Assembly (NCBI GenBank): GCA_009776735.1
Contig: WRNG01000003.1
Coordinates: 1 to 51,098, forward strand
Length of the DNA stretch: 51,098 nt
Direction: 5' to 3'
Source: Dehalococcoidia bacterium
GTDB lineage: Bacteria; Chloroflexota; Dehalococcoidia; Dehalococcoidales; UBA1222
This document shows positions 20,707 through 30,667 of this stretch, piece after piece. The position numbers were made by a program, and so were the translations under genes. The notes beneath the pieces were generated by a model, which had not been told where the DNA came from, did no database searches, and worked only from the letters and a program-made list of their open reading frames with translations. The first letter of the stretch is position 1; the number at the start of each line of letters is the position of its first letter.

Positions 20707-21494
20707 ACAACGTAATAATAGACGACAATTCCCGCCAAAATAATGCCGTCAATGCGGTCTAAAAGACCGCCGTGGCCAGGAAGCGCATGCCCGGAATCCT
20801 TGACTCCCATATTGCGTTTGAATAGGGATTCTGCTAAGTCGCCAGTTTGGGCAAAGATACTGGTTATAGCACTTAGAAAGGCAGCTCCCCAAAAGGAAAT
20901 GGGCAAATGAAGAGCCCATGCGGTTAAAATACCGACCACAATGGCGCCGAGTAATCCTCCAAGGGCTCCCTCCCATGTCTTTGAGGGACTGATGCTGCGT
21001 GCCATTTTGTGCTGTCCCAGTAAGCTTCCCACAAAATAGGCCATGGTGTCGGTGGCAAAAGCGCAAAATAAGGCCAGAATAACCCATTCATGACCATGCT
21101 CAAGTCTCACAAGAGTAGCATATCGGCTGGCAGGCCAGCCGATATACAGAATACCGGCCACAGTGAAAGCCCAACCGGCAAAAGCGTCGTCATTATTACG
21201 GCGCAGCAATACCCAAATCATGGGTAGGATAAAAGCGATACTGAACAGCAAACCGTTTTCATCATGCCAATTGAACAATGGAGAAAAAGTGAAAACCAGA
21301 ATAAGACCCAGACCGAGAAATAATGCGGGATGTCCCTTGCCACTGGCACCAATAATGCGATAGAACTCCCAAGCACCAAGCAGGGCGCAGATCGCAATTG
21401 TGATGGTGAATGTGGGGATATATTGGTCGGCCCACAACATGATTAACAAGGCTCCAAACAGTACCAGAGCCGTAAGAATGCGTTTAAGTAACAT
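20694..21494 (-). CDS. cdsA: Phosphatidate cytidylyltransferase
   Basis: SPSKTWEG, GDLAESLFKR..GVKDSG..LPGHGGLLDRID. Confidence 0.97.
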   Translation of the reverse strand: MLLKRILTALVLFGALLIMLWADQYIPTFTITIAICALLGAWEFYRIIGASGKGHPALFLGLGLILVFTFSPLFNWHDENGLLFSIAFILPMIWVLLRRNNDDAFAGWAFTVAGILYIGWPASRYATLVRLEHGHEWVILALFCAFATDTMAYFVGSLLGQHKMARSISPSKTWEGALGGLLGAIVVGILTAWALHLPISFWGAAFLSAITSIFAQTGDLAESLFKRNMGVKDSGHALPGHGGLLDRIDGIILAGIVVYYYVVWTT

Positions 21495-21497
21495 AAA

Positions 21498-22202
21498 CTA
21501 CAGTCTCCCGAAGCGGCGCTGGCGCATGCTAAAGGCTTGCAGGGCCTTATCCAACTCATCTCGATTAAAATCAGGCCACAATACCGGTGTGAAATAAAAC
21601 TCAGCGTAAGCTACTTGCCAGAGTAAAAAATTGGAAATACGAAGTTCGTCAGCTGTGCGGATTAACAAATCTACATCGGGCATACCTGCGGTATAAAGAT
21701 GGTCGTTGATGGTTTCTTCATTTACATCTTCAGGGGTGATATTTTCAGCGACTATTTGGCGCACAGCATCGGTTATTTCCTGTCTGCCTCCATAATTGAG
21801 GGCCAGAGAAATTGTTATTCCGGTATTATTCGCTGTTAATTCAACAGCGTCGCGAATGTCTCTAATCAGTTTATTGGAAAGGCTAGAGGTTTGTCCAAGC
21901 CAGCGGATGCGCACGTTGTTTTTATTTAGTTCCATCGCTTCGTTTTTAATGGAGTTGTTTAAGAGTTGGAAAATGCCATTCACTTCGGCTTGTGGACGCT
22001 GCCAGTTTTCGGTTGAGAAAGCGTAGAAAGTGGCGTATTTAATATGGCCGGTTTCGCCCAAATAACGCACAATATCGCGCACAGTTCTAAAACCGGCACG
22101 ATGCCCTTCCAGCCGCGGGAGACCGCGCTTGGTAGCCCATCGCCCGTTACCGTCCATAATGATGGCTATATGCTTCGGGAATTCGTATGGTTCTTTTGCC
22201 AT
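21498..22202 (-). CDS. uppS: Undecaprenyl diphosphate synthase
   Basis: HIAIIMDGNGRWA, FSTENWQRP, RISNFLLWQ; ATG 22202 follows GGAG. Confidence 0.98.
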   Translation of the reverse strand: MAKEPYEFPKHIAIIMDGNGRWATKRGLPRLEGHRAGFRTVRDIVRYLGETGHIKYATFYAFSTENWQRPQAEVNGIFQLLNNSIKNEAMELNKNNVRIRWLGQTSSLSNKLIRDIRDAVELTANNTGITISLALNYGGRQEITDAVRQIVAENITPEDVNEETINDHLYTAGMPDVDLLIRTADELRISNFLLWQVAYAEFYFTPVLWPDFNRDELDKALQAFSMRQRRFGRL

Positions 22203-22248
22203 GTTGCTCCATTTTAACACATGGGTGACTGAGTGGCTATTCTTGGGG

Positions 22249-22420
22249 ATTTTTCGTGTCGAACTCGGTGGTAGCTATCGTTACGGCTGTGGATTAATGT
22301 CTCCATGTCCGATTGCGGGAGACCCGGATTCAATTATGGAAAACATATAACCCACATGGCACGGACGTTTCTCCGCCGGTTTCATAACAGATGAAGAATG
22401 CCGAGTTTTTGGCGCAGAAA
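22249..22420 (+). ncRNA. Structured intergenic RNA candidate, possibly 6S RNA; strand tentative
   Basis: Nested long-range pairings (22262-68/22401-07, 22288-96/22348-56, 22297-306/22336-46); upstream TTAACA-18bp-TATTCT. Confidence 0.5.
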
Positions 22421-22424
22421 CAAG

Positions 22425-22982
22425 CTAAACTTGTTTTAGTTCACTAGCTTTGGTGTTTTCCAAATCATCAATCGTACTGATAAACGAATCAGTTAGTTTT
22501 TGTAATCTGGCTTCCCCGCGTTTCAAATCGTCTTGAGAGATGTCCTTGTTCTTTTCCAGTTTTTTGAGCTCTTCCATCGCGTCTCGGCGAACATTTCTGA
22601 TTGCAACCTTATTCTCTTCGGTCATACGACGCATCATTTTGGTGAGTTCGGTTCGGCGCTCTTCCGAGAGAGGGGGGATAACCAGGCGAATTACGCTTCC
22701 GTCAGAAGTGGGGTTGATACCAATGTTGGCTTTCATAATCGCTTTTTCAATCAAAGAGAGGATGTTAGGATCCCACGGTTGAATAACAAGTAAGTTAGTA
22801 CCGGAAACGGACACGTTTCCAATATGGTTGAGAGGGGTGGAAACACCGTTATAATCAACTCGAACATGTTCAACCAAGGCTGGATTAGCACGTCCCGTGC
22901 GTATTCCTCCCAAGTCCCGTTTAAGAATATCAAATGAGGTTTTCATTTTTTCTTCAGCTTTAGCGATGATTGTCTCAATCAT
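22425..22982 (-). CDS. frr: Ribosome recycling factor
   Basis: [25 protein letters not shown]. Confidence 0.99.
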   Translation of the reverse strand: MIETIIAKAEEKMKTSFDILKRDLGGIRTGRANPALVEHVRVDYNGVSTPLNHIGNVSVSGTNLLVIQPWDPNILSLIEKAIMKANIGINPTSDGSVIRLVIPPLSEERRTELTKMMRRMTEENKVAIRNVRRDAMEELKKLEKNKDISQDDLKRGEARLQKLTDSFISTIDDLENTKASELKQV

Positions 22983-23713
22983 AAATCCTCCTCATTATTA
23001 ATCAGTGTACCGATATATTTGCCGCCGATGGCGCTTTCCATACTATGTTCCGCTTGAAGATTGAATACGATAATGGGGAGCTTGTTGTCCATACAAAGAG
23101 AAAGCGCGGTAGTATCCATTACGTTTAGGCGCATATTCAGTGCTTGCATATAGGTTAGATGGTCAAATTTTTTGGCAAGAGGGTTTTTACGTGGGTCGGA
23201 ATCATAAACGCCGTCAACACAATTTTTTGTCATCAACAATACTTCTGCACCCAGCTCAATCGCACGCAGAGCGGCTGCTGTGTCGGTGGTCATATAAGGG
23301 TTGCCAGTGCCACTGGCGAGGATTACTACGCGTCCCTTTTCCATATGGCGAATGGCTCGGCGACGAATGAATGGCTCGGATACCTGCTGAATATTTAAGG
23401 CGGATTGCACACGTGTTTCAACCCCAATTTTCTCAAGGGTGTCTTGCAAGGCCAATGCGTTAATAACAGTGGCAAGCATCCCGGCATAATCAGCCGTTAC
23501 TCGATCAAAGCCAGCTTTTTCTGCAGTTGCGCCACGCCATATATTGCCAGCCCCAACAACTATTGCTATCTGCACATGCATATCAAGGGCTTGTTTTATA
23601 CGATGAGCTACATCGGAGACAACAACTGCGTCAATATCAGTATCGGCCTTGCCTCCCTTGAAAGCTTCGCCACTGAGTTTTAGTAAAATTCTTTTATATC
23701 TGGCCTGGGCCAT
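22979..23713 (-). CDS. pyrH: UMP kinase
   Basis: [27 protein letters not shown]. Confidence 0.99.
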   Translation of the reverse strand: MAQARYKRILLKLSGEAFKGGKADTDIDAVVVSDVAHRIKQALDMHVQIAIVVGAGNIWRGATAEKAGFDRVTADYAGMLATVINALALQDTLEKIGVETRVQSALNIQQVSEPFIRRRAIRHMEKGRVVILASGTGNPYMTTDTAAALRAIELGAEVLLMTKNCVDGVYDSDPRKNPLAKKFDHLTYMQALNMRLNVMDTTALSLCMDNKLPIIVFNLQAEHSMESAIGGKYIGTLINNEEDL

Positions 23714-23736
23714 ATTAAGCTCAGTCCTTTGGCAAT

Positions 23737-24252
23737 TTACTCCGGGTAAATGCCGATTTCAAAACGCATAAAGCGGTTAATACGAATATTCTCACCGGTG
23801 CGAGCGATGACTTCCATAATCAAGTCTTTTATGGTTCTGGAAGGCTCTTTAATAAAAGCTTGTTCCATCAATGAAATAGTCTCACCTGGCGTAACCTCTA
23901 AGTCGGCAGGGATTTGTTCGCATGACACATAGGAGGGATTCATAGCTGCAACTTGCATAGCTATGTCATGTGCGAGTTGCTTGAACTCTGCGGTGCGAGC
24001 AACGAAATCAGTTTCGCAATTAAGTTCTACCATAGCCGCTAATTTTCCCCCGGTATGGATATATGTCTCCACAAGCCCCTGTGCAGTTACACGGTCAGCC
24101 TTCTTGGCGGCTTTGGCGCAACCCCGCTCTCTCAGTAGTTCCACAGCCTTATCAATATTCCCATCGGTTTCAATAAGCGTGGCACGGCAGTCCATTATCC
24201 CCGCTCCGCATTTTTCTCTCAGAAGCTTGATGCTTTCAGTCGTTATTTCCAC
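23737..24252 (-). CDS. tsf: Elongation factor Ts (short form)
   Basis: [31 protein letters not shown]. Confidence 0.98.
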   Translation of the reverse strand: MEITTESIKLLREKCGAGIMDCRATLIETDGNIDKAVELLRERGCAKAAKKADRVTAQGLVETYIHTGGKLAAMVELNCETDFVARTAEFKQLAHDIAMQVAAMNPSYVSCEQIPADLEVTPGETISLMEQAFIKEPSRTIKDLIMEVIARTGENIRINRFMRFEIGIYPE

Positions 24253-24267
24253 TTAAATCTCCTTGGA

Positions 24268-25026
24268 TTACAGGGTTTCTGGGGTTGCTTCAACAGGTTC
24301 CTCGGTTAAAGGAACATCGCCTTTTTCAACTTCAACAACCAATTCTCCTTTGGCCTCAAGAATGCTATTGGTAATTTTGCTGGCAACCAGTTTGATAGCA
24401 CGAATGGCGTCGTCATTGGAAGGAATAGGAGTGTCAATCTCATCGGGGTTGCAGTTAGTATCAACCATGGCTACAACGGGTATTCTCATCCGGCGAGCTT
24501 CGGCGATAGCGATACGTTCTTTGGACGGGTCTACGATGAATAGGATATCCGGGAGCATAGTCATTTCTTTAATGCCTCCGAATTGGGCATTCATCTGCTC
24601 AATCTCCTCGGTTAATTTCTGGGCTTCTTTTTTCGGAAGACGAGCTAGTTCTCCTTTGGATTGCTGGTCTTCAATTCTTACTAAATAATCAATGCGGTTT
24701 TGAATGGCTGCGAAATTAGTAAGGGTGCCACCTACCCAGCGCTGATTGACATAAAACATGCCTGCCCGTAGGGCTTCTTCTTGGACGATAGTCTGAGCCT
24801 GTTTCTTGGTGCCTACAAACAAAACCTTACCGCCTTCGGCAACAACATCTTTAACATAATCACAGGCACTAATTAACATGGAGGCAGTTTGCTCCAAATC
24901 AATGATGTGAATGCCGTTGCGTTTGGTAAAAATATATTTTTTCATGCGCGGATGCCACCTGCTGGTCTGGTGACCAAAGTGAGCCCCGGCTTCCAATAAT
25001 TCTTTTATCGTTGCAGTATCAGCCAA
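24268..25026 (-). CDS. rpsB: 30S ribosomal protein S2
   Basis: [27 protein letters not shown]; TTG start at 25026 after GGGAGG. Confidence 0.99.
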   Translation of the reverse strand: MADTATIKELLEAGAHFGHQTSRWHPRMKKYIFTKRNGIHIIDLEQTASMLISACDYVKDVVAEGGKVLFVGTKKQAQTIVQEEALRAGMFYVNQRWVGGTLTNFAAIQNRIDYLVRIEDQQSKGELARLPKKEAQKLTEEIEQMNAQFGGIKEMTMLPDILFIVDPSKERIAIAEARRMRIPVVAMVDTNCNPDEIDTPIPSNDDAIRAIKLVASKITNSILEAKGELVVEVEKGDVPLTEEPVEATPETL

Positions 25027-25153
25027 GAAATCCTCCCTTATGTACTTGTTTGAAACTCTTTTAACAAAGCAGTATAACACACCGCTGTATAACCAGCAAG
25101 CGGAGTATGGTGTCTTGTGGCAGTTATTTATGTCAGAAATATGACGACATTCT

Positions 25154-25921
25154 TTAAAGAGATCTAACCCAATTAACGGCGTTGTGATAAATTGCTGAAC
25201 CCAAACCGCTTATTTGCGCCTCGCCGCGTGTCCAACGTGGGTGATGAGTGTTATATATATGGTCCTCAGGATGAGGCATCAAGCCAAAAACACGCCCGCT
25301 TTCATCAGTAATACCTGCAATGTCGTTAACAGAGCCATTTGGGTTAAAAGGGTAGCCGGCTTGGCGCCGTCCTTTCATATCAGTGTAATAAAGCGCCACA
25401 TCCAACTTCTCAACCACTTCAGGCGGTGCCACTAATTTTCCTTCTCCGTGAGCCACTGGTACGTAGATGGTTTCTATGTTGCGGGTAAAAACGCATTTGC
25501 TGTTGGGATTAGCTGTTAAGTAAACCCATCTACACTCAAAGCGTCCAGAATCGTTGTTGGTGAGAGTAACACTTTGTCCGTTGGACGTGGGACCAGGGAG
25601 AATGCCTGCCTTAACCAGTGTTTGAAAACCATTGCATATTCCAAGCACCAATCCTCCGTTGCTAATAAAAGGAGCGATTTCATCCTTGAGTTTTAGATTC
25701 AGTTCGTTGGAGAGAACCCGTCCAGCTCCAAGATTATCACCATAGGCAAACCCACCCGGAAAGACCAGCACTTGGTAGTCGCGGAAACGAAAATCAGCTC
25801 TGGCCACTTGATTAATGGTAGCGAATTGCGTTACGGCACCTGCTTGTTCAAAGGCTATCGCAGTTTCTTCTTCCCGATTAATACCGGGAGCTCGAAGCAA
25901 TAATACTTTTACAATACTCAT
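25154..25921 (-). CDS. purQ: FGAM synthase glutaminase subunit
   Basis: [25 protein letters not shown]. Confidence 0.97.
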   Translation of the reverse strand: MSIVKVLLLRAPGINREEETAIAFEQAGAVTQFATINQVARADFRFRDYQVLVFPGGFAYGDNLGAGRVLSNELNLKLKDEIAPFISNGGLVLGICNGFQTLVKAGILPGPTSNGQSVTLTNNDSGRFECRWVYLTANPNSKCVFTRNIETIYVPVAHGEGKLVAPPEVVEKLDVALYYTDMKGRRQAGYPFNPNGSVNDIAGITDESGRVFGLMPHPEDHIYNTHHPRWTRGEAQISGLGSAIYHNAVNWVRSL

Positions 25922-25925
25922 ATAG

Positions 25926-28784
25926 TTACCAGCGTAATGGTTTCTGCCAAGATTCCTTCAATTTTTGAATAGGGATTGAGACTACAAGATTTCCCTGAAG
26001 TCCCTCAATCTCCAACATATCAGTTGCGGTGACCTCACCAATAACAGCGAAAGCATTATCGTATAAAACATTCTCAAACTCTTCCAATTTCCGTGGGTCA
26101 ACTTCAACCAGAAAACGGCTGTTAGATTCGGAGAACAGCAAAATATCGTCTTGCTGTATGTCTTCTCCAAGAGGTAAAGTTCTTAAGGTGACTTTGGCTC
26201 CTAATCCACCGGCAAAAGCCATTTCAGATAAGGCTACCGCTAAACCGCCATCCGAAAGGTCATGACAGGCGCAAACTAACCCCTGTGCGGTGGCTTTACT
26301 CAAATCGCACATTAATTTATGTGATGATTCGGCATTAACAATCGGTGAGCGATTGCCGATATAGCCCAGCTGGGCATAATACTCTGAACCGCCTAATTCA
26401 GCGAAAGTGTTTCCCAGCACATATATTAGATTTCCCGCCTCTTTAAAATCCATGCTGATAGCTTTGGTGGCCTCTGGCATTACAGAAATGGCTGAGATAA
26501 GCAGTGTGTGTGGAATTGATATCCGTTTTCCGTTATGTTCATACTCATTATTCAAAGAATCTTTCCCGGAGATAAAAGGGGCTTTATATGCTAACGACAG
26601 ATCATGGCAGGCTTGCGTGGCAAGTATCAGGGCTCCCAAACTTTGTGATTCTTTAACGCTTCCCCAGCAGAAGTTATCAAGCAGTGCCACTTTTTCCAAT
26701 GAACCACCGACTGCAATTATTTGTCTTAGTGCCTCATCAATGGCAGATGCTGCCATCCAATAGGGGTCAATGTCTCCGTATCGAGTGTTAATCCCGTTGG
26801 AAATGATTAATCCGCAGGCAGAATCCGCCAGCGGACGAATAATGGCGGCATCCCCCGGTCCATCTTCTTGTGCCCCTACCAGTGGTTTGAGCACACTTGA
26901 GCCTTGTACCTCATGATCATATTGACGGATGACCCATTCTTTACTACACACATTCCATGCGCTCAGTATTTGTAGTAGCATTTCGTTGTAGTCATTCAGC
27001 GGCGTTATTTGTGGTTCGGGATGAATTGCTTTTTGCCAACTTGCCACAAGATTCATCTGCGGGATTCCGCCGTGCAAAAACTGCATATCTAAGTCACATA
27101 CGACGTTCTCGTTGTAACAAAGTGTTAGCTTGCGGTCATCAGTGAATTCGCCGATCACAGTAGCTTCGGCTCCTTCCTCGGCAAAGGTACAAATGAGTTC
27201 ATCCACATTCGCCGGCGGAACCGCCAGCAACATACGTTCTTGAGACTCTGAAATCCAGATTTCGGAATAAGATAGTCCGGCATATTTAAGTGGCACTTTA
27301 TCCAAGTAGATTTTGACCCCTGTTTCCTGCGCCATTTCACCTACTGCTGAGGATAAGCCTCCTCCACCGCAATCGGTTATACGTGAGTATAACTTTTTAT
27401 CCCGGGCTTTTAGTTGCCCATCCAACACCTTTTTTTCCATGATGGCGTTGCCGATTTGCACAGAAGTGAAAGAAAGGTCGGTGGAATCGCGTGTCAATTG
27501 CTCTGAGGCAAAAGTGACACCATGAATACCATCGCGTCCCGTACGCCCTCCCACCAGGACCACTTTATCTCCGGGAGATTGTTGTCCCATCTGGGACATA
27601 TCGCGGGGCATCAGACCTATTGTACCGCAGAAAATGAGCGGGTTGGTAGTATAACGTTCATCAAACAGGATGGCTCCGTTAAGAGTGGGAATACCTAACC
27701 GATTGCCATAATCAGCCACGCCAGCCCGCACTCCTTTAAAAATCCGGCGAGGGTGCAGCACTCCGGGCGGCAAACGTTCAAAATCGTAATCTGGTGGACC
27801 AAAACAGAAGACATCGGTATTGGCAATCGGTTTTGCGCCCATCCCTGTGCCCATTACGTCACGCACCACCCCGCCAACTCCGGTTGCCGCCCCACCATAA
27901 GGTTCAATCGCGGAAGGATGGTTGTGAGTCTCCACTTTGAAACAGACAGCCCAGTTTTGGTCAAAGGCAATTACCCCGGCATTATCACGAAATACTGATA
28001 AGCACCAATCAGGTGAAAGTTCTTTGGTGGCTTGCATAATGGTGTTTTTCAGCAAGTTGCCAATTTCTTGTCCTTCAAATTCGAAATGCGCTTTAAAGGT
28101 TTTATGCACGCAGTGTTCGCTCCAAGTCTGCCCCAATGTTTCCATCTCAGCGTCGGTAGGGTTACGCCCAAGGCTGACAAAGTGAGATCTTATAGCGAGT
28201 ATCTCGTCTTTGTTCAAGGTATAGTCGCGTCCAATTTGTAACAGGTTCTCTTCATCGGCGCTGAGAATATCCACCAGCTTTAATTGGAATTGATAGCGCG
28301 GGTTTTGTGGAAAGACTTTTGGTAACTCTTTAACGACACGTTGAATAATTGGATTAACGAGAAGCCTTGAGGTAATAATATCCAGTTTTTCCTGGCATAA
28401 AAGACCTTTGATTACGTAGTGTTGAGCGGTCTTGGCTGCGGAGACGGTTGTGATGCCCATTCCAGATATGGCTTGCAGAAGTGTTTCCTCCACCGGATCA
28501 GCTACGCCGGGGTTGTAAGTAACAATGACGTTATGCATATCGGGCGTGTCTGTGGTTTGTAAAGTGGAAAAACTATAAAACTGAGTAATCGGGTCCACCA
28601 GTAACTCACTGGCGATGCGTACGAGTTCTTCCGAAGTCAGTGTTCCCTCCAGCCAGTAGCAGTCATTTACAGAAACAGCAATGCCCCCGGACTGGATACC
28701 TAAATCAACAATACTATTAGCGATGCCCGTACCGCGCGGGTCAGGTTGGCTGTCTTTGAGGCCGACCTCAATGTTGTAAATCAA
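25926..28784 (-). CDS. purL: FGAM synthase PurL with fused N-terminal PurS-like domains
   Basis: WSEHCVHK, ETHNHPS, DCGGGG, SESQERM, HDLSDGG; N-terminal DPRG..LLVDPI and DPVE..LLVNPI repeats. Confidence 0.97.
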   Translation of the reverse strand: MIYNIEVGLKDSQPDPRGTGIANSIVDLGIQSGGIAVSVNDCYWLEGTLTSEELVRIASELLVDPITQFYSFSTLQTTDTPDMHNVIVTYNPGVADPVEETLLQAISGMGITTVSAAKTAQHYVIKGLLCQEKLDIITSRLLVNPIIQRVVKELPKVFPQNPRYQFQLKLVDILSADEENLLQIGRDYTLNKDEILAIRSHFVSLGRNPTDAEMETLGQTWSEHCVHKTFKAHFEFEGQEIGNLLKNTIMQATKELSPDWCLSVFRDNAGVIAFDQNWAVCFKVETHNHPSAIEPYGGAATGVGGVVRDVMGTGMGAKPIANTDVFCFGPPDYDFERLPPGVLHPRRIFKGVRAGVADYGNRLGIPTLNGAILFDERYTTNPLIFCGTIGLMPRDMSQMGQQSPGDKVVLVGGRTGRDGIHGVTFASEQLTRDSTDLSFTSVQIGNAIMEKKVLDGQLKARDKKLYSRITDCGGGGLSSAVGEMAQETGVKIYLDKVPLKYAGLSYSEIWISESQERMLLAVPPANVDELICTFAEEGAEATVIGEFTDDRKLTLCYNENVVCDLDMQFLHGGIPQMNLVASWQKAIHPEPQITPLNDYNEMLLQILSAWNVCSKEWVIRQYDHEVQGSSVLKPLVGAQEDGPGDAAIIRPLADSACGLIISNGINTRYGDIDPYWMAASAIDEALRQIIAVGGSLEKVALLDNFCWGSVKESQSLGALILATQACHDLSLAYKAPFISGKDSLNNEYEHNGKRISIPHTLLISAISVMPEATKAISMDFKEAGNLIYVLGNTFAELGGSEYYAQLGYIGNRSPIVNAESSHKLMCDLSKATAQGLVCACHDLSDGGLAVALSEMAFAGGLGAKVTLRTLPLGEDIQQDDILLFSESNSRFLVEVDPRKLEEFENVLYDNAFAVIGEVTATDMLEIEGLQGNLVVSIPIQKLKESWQKPLRW

Positions 28785-28921
28785 GTCTAATTACCAATCC
28801 TTTTAGTGGGTGGAAGGAGGAAACAGTATCTATTTGCGGCAGTATCGTAGCATATTTGAGAAAGAATGTGAAATGAAAGGAACACAAGTAACCTTTGTTG
28901 CTGGGTAACCCTTTGCTGCGG

Positions 28922-30664
28922 CTAGGACAAATCCCATCCAGCGTTAATGGTTTTCTGATACATGGCATACCAGTCATCGTTCTCATACAATTCTTCCGAT
29001 GAACCCGATTTTACAATATTGCCGCCCGCCATCACGAACACACGATCAGCATCAATAATTCCACTTAAGCGATGACTGATTGAGAAAATTGTTCGGCCTG
29101 TTCCGGCTGTTCTAATGGCTGAAAACACGCGTTGTTCAGTTTTGGAATCCATACCTGAAGTCGGTTCGTCAAGTAACAGTATCTGCGGGTTGGCGACAAT
29201 GGCTCTTGCAAGTGACAGTAACTGGGTTTCTCCGCTTGATAGTCCGGCAGCTCCCTCCCCGATGACAGTGGCAAATCCTTGTGGTAAGGCATTGATTGTT
29301 TCGCCCAGCCCCACTGCCTTAACCGCTGCTTCCACTTCCTCTTGAGAAATGGTTTCATCGCCAAGGGTGATGTTTTCCGTTACGGTACCGTCAAAGATTT
29401 GTGGCATTTGAGGTACAATACCAAGCAGACGGCGGCGTTTACGTGGGGGAATCGTATATGGATCCACTCCACAAATACGAACAAAGCCTTCTTTTGGCCG
29501 ATACAAGCCTGCCACAATATTCATCAAGGTTGTCTTGCCGGCCCCGCTACGACCGATGAATACCGCTTTTTCACCAGGCATTAACCGGGCGTGAAGTGCA
29601 TGGAGTACCGGCACTGAACCATAGGAAAAAGTTACTCCATCAATCACAAGTCCTTGGCTTTTATCAATAGGCTGATCAATATACACACGGTCTTCGATGG
29701 GCTCGCTGGCGAATTCATTTACTCTTGAAATACCGGCCATTGCTTGCTGAATTGTCTGGAACTCTTGTGCCAAGGCTTCAATAGGAGCGAAAATTCGTCC
29801 GACAAGGTCAGCAATCGCTGCTAATGTTCCTGTACTTAACGCCAGTGATAGAAAGGTTCCGTTTTTAGCTCCGAACCACAACGCTAAAGCAATGACTACC
29901 GCACGGATTGTTTGCATGAGGCAAGGGAATAAACTGTCATAAAGAGATATTTTACCGATGGCAGCAAAATGGCTTTCCAAAGGCTCACGAAACCTTTGTT
30001 TGCCATTTTCTTCCAGGGAGTAAGCTTTTACAGTATGAATTCCGCGTAGCCACTCTTGTATAAAGGAATAAATATCTGCTACTTTGGAGCGTACCAGCTT
30101 TTGAAACCTAAAAATATTCTTGCGGTAGTAATTAGAAATTAAGAATATTAGCGGGACGATAGTGATTTCCAGCCATATTAACTGGGGGGCAATAATGAAT
30201 AATGAAACCAGCAACCCCACGATTTTAAACAAATCGGTTGCCATTCCGATTATACCACTTGAGAAAAGGGTATTTATTGCGTCCACATCAGTGGTCAGTC
30301 TGGACATGATTTCGCCAACGGGAGTATTTGTGAAGTATTGAATCGGAAGCTTGGATAATCTTTGGGCCATTAACATACGTATACGATTAAGTATTTTTTG
30401 ACCAAGAACCGTTGTGACAACCGTTTTAACAAACGCCACCACATTTACTCCCGCTTGTACGGCTAAATACCATATTGCAAGCAGCCAGATGCCTTGGACT
30501 ATGCCTTTGGCGAAGTGCTCATCAATGATTTGGCGAATGATAAAAGCCGGAATCAGTTGGATGGCCATGGAAGCGATAATCGTCAGCAGAAGCAGTGCCG
30601 CAAGCCACCAGTTGCTTTTCAGCACATACACGGCGGCATCGTTGATAAAGCGTTCTTTTTTCAT
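28922..30664 (-). CDS. ABC exporter subunit (TMD plus NBD), heterodimer partner 2
   Basis: GRSGAGKT, degenerate signature LSSGETQ, LLLDEPT, SHRL. Confidence 0.93.
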   Translation of the reverse strand: MKKERFINDAAVYVLKSNWWLAALLLLTIIASMAIQLIPAFIIRQIIDEHFAKGIVQGIWLLAIWYLAVQAGVNVVAFVKTVVTTVLGQKILNRIRMLMAQRLSKLPIQYFTNTPVGEIMSRLTTDVDAINTLFSSGIIGMATDLFKIVGLLVSLFIIAPQLIWLEITIVPLIFLISNYYRKNIFRFQKLVRSKVADIYSFIQEWLRGIHTVKAYSLEENGKQRFREPLESHFAAIGKISLYDSLFPCLMQTIRAVVIALALWFGAKNGTFLSLALSTGTLAAIADLVGRIFAPIEALAQEFQTIQQAMAGISRVNEFASEPIEDRVYIDQPIDKSQGLVIDGVTFSYGSVPVLHALHARLMPGEKAVFIGRSGAGKTTLMNIVAGLYRPKEGFVRICGVDPYTIPPRKRRRLLGIVPQMPQIFDGTVTENITLGDETISQEEVEAAVKAVGLGETINALPQGFATVIGEGAAGLSSGETQLLSLARAIVANPQILLLDEPTSGMDSKTEQRVFSAIRTAGTGRTIFSISHRLSGIIDADRVFVMAGGNIVKSGSSEELYENDDWYAMYQKTINAGWDLS

Positions 30665-30667
30665 GAG

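Noticed and set aside
25030-25150. S2 autoregulatory leader upstream of rpsB
   Set aside because: A TGTTATACT -10 at 25079-25071 leaves only a ~40-nt leader; no convincing conserved structure
28790-28920. Purine or ZTP riboswitch upstream of purL
   Set aside because: No consensus motifs; only a short imperfect direct repeat, GTAACC(C)TTTG
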